Below are positions 63,015 through 64,000 of a stretch of DNA of 64,000 nt, in pieces. Below the pieces are notes generated by a model. It was given only the letters and a program-made list of their open reading frames with translations, was not told the origin of the DNA and made no database searches. The translations under genes were made by a program, and so were the position numbers. Positions within the stretch are counted from its first letter, which is position 1. Every line of letters begins with the position of its first letter. Origin of the DNA: Klebsormidium nitens (taxonomy: Eukaryota > Plantae > Klebsormidiophyceae). The stretch covers positions 310,001 to 374,000 of the forward strand of contig DF236964.1 of assembly GCA_000708835.1 (NCBI GenBank). The letters run 5' to 3'.

Positions 63015-63998
63015 TCAAGGACCAATTTCGCTCACGCTTAACGATGGCATCTTGTCCTTCAGGTGAAAGAATCTTTGGCTAGCCTCCTGGCTATCTTCCT
63101 TATCCTCAACGCCAAACATGTTAAGCACACAGCGAAACTGCAAGTGCATCAGCTTGGGGCTTACCTCGACCAGCTCTAGACACGTTCCTACTTGTTCTGA
63201 GGTCCAAGCATCAGCTGTCAACACTAGGAGATTTTCAAATACAGGAAAGCCCTTTCCTCTAACAGAACGCGCAAGATGAAGTAAGGTCTTCGCATTGATG
63301 CTAAGCTCCTTCACGTTTGCCAAGCAAGTCAGGATGGAGGCCATGGTGTGTTGCTCGCCTTTGAAATCCAAGTACCGGAAGTCGGCTACCTCCAGGTCCT
63401 TGGAATTCTTAAGCAGACCAAGGAGTTCATCTTCATCGAAGGTTTGATTAGCTGCTAATCTCCTCAACTTCCATGGCCTGGGTAGCACGAACGGGCCTGG
63501 ATAATCTGAATACAAATCAAGGCTAGTCAGCTCAGGAGCATCTATCCTCATTTTCCTGTCCACATCCGGCCGCAGGTGTAGAGATAGTAGACATGGAGCG
63601 TCGATCTCCACGCGGCCTAGTTCCAGCATCCTGACATCCTCGTTAACCTCAAGACCGACCATGTTATAATCTAGGAACAAGTGCTTAAGTGAGGTCGAGC
63701 TAATATTGGTCACAACTCCTAAGCAGTGTTCGCCATCGATATGCAGGGAAAGCTTCTCTAGATTGGGGGCCGCTTGCACAAGACTGGCTAAGGAGCTGTC
63801 ATTGCTGGATTGAATGATGGAAAGGTGAAGCTCCTTTAGACTGGCGGACAGCTTGTTGATGGGCCTGTTGATGGAGAAGTGGCAATACTCAAGGATCAGG
63901 CACTCAAGGCGAGGACACTTCGTAAGCAGTTGCTCCAACACGTCGAGCGGGTTGTTCGGCTGCAGCAGATAACCGTTCCGAAGGCAGAAGCGCTCCAA
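63015..63998 (-). CDS. Leucine-rich-repeat protein (F-box/LRR or RNI-like type), 5' end beyond the window
   Basis: An open 327-codon frame with repeated LxxLxL units (CPRLECLIL, LKELHL, APNLEKLSL, LKHLFL, APELTSLDL, VKELSI). The F-box itself is not visible in the window. Confidence 0.8.
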   Translation of the reverse strand: MERFCLRNGYLLQPNNPLDVLEQLLTKCPRLECLILEYCHFSINRPINKLSASLKELHLSIIQSSNDSSLASLVQAAPNLEKLSLHIDGEHCLGVVTNISSTSLKHLFLDYNMVGLEVNEDVRMLELGRVEIDAPCLLSLHLRPDVDRKMRIDAPELTSLDLYSDYPGPFVLPRPWKLRRLAANQTFDEDELLGLLKNSKDLEVADFRYLDFKGEQHTMASILTCLANVKELSINAKTLLHLARSVRGKGFPVFENLLVLTADAWTSEQVGTCLELVEVSPKLMHLQFRCVLNMFGVEDKEDSQEASQRFFHLKDKMPSLSVSEIGP

Positions 63999-64000
63999 CC

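Noticed and set aside
1-64000. tRNA, rRNA and autonomous transposon genes; most 60-120 aa ORFs in the supplied track
   Set aside because: I saw no cloverleaf or T-loop-anchored tRNA, no rRNA core, and no RT, integrase, DDE or Rep/helicase motif set. The short ORFs overlap in all frames and lack domain signatures.

Overview
Eukaryotic, intron-rich genomic DNA with GT-AG introns of roughly 0.4-1.1 kb and GC-rich exons. The plant-type acetyl-CoA synthetase and the RRLLQ propeptide suggest a green alga, probably a streptophyte such as Klebsormidium (inference). Genes that could be reconstructed exon by exon: the 3' six exons of an acetyl-CoA synthetase (7991-10987, +); a secreted protein with a chitin-binding CBM14 domain, a Pro/Thr linker and a double-psi-beta-barrel-like domain (41606-44706, +); and a six-exon PhyH-family Fe(II)/2OG dioxygenase (56309-61388, +). 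Also present are an LRR (F-box/RNI-like) ORF running off the right edge (-) and one isolated KH/CCCH exon. Most of the rest (about 1-7.7 kb and 12-55 kb) has no intact ORF but is not random. It is a graveyard of decayed paralogous coding sequence, dominated by a + strand LRR-like family marked by a recurring G-N-D motif (ggcaatgat). This family includes a mosaic tandem array of about 670-bp units at 31.2-35.3 kb. Minus-strand relics resembling BTB/POZ and P-loop (AAA+-like) domains are also present. Two small non-coding structured elements were found: a ~800-bp TIR element with GACC subrepeats and telomere-like motifs, and an intronic fold-back. No rRNA, tRNA or CRISPR array was found. All alignments were made by eye and no database searches were run.
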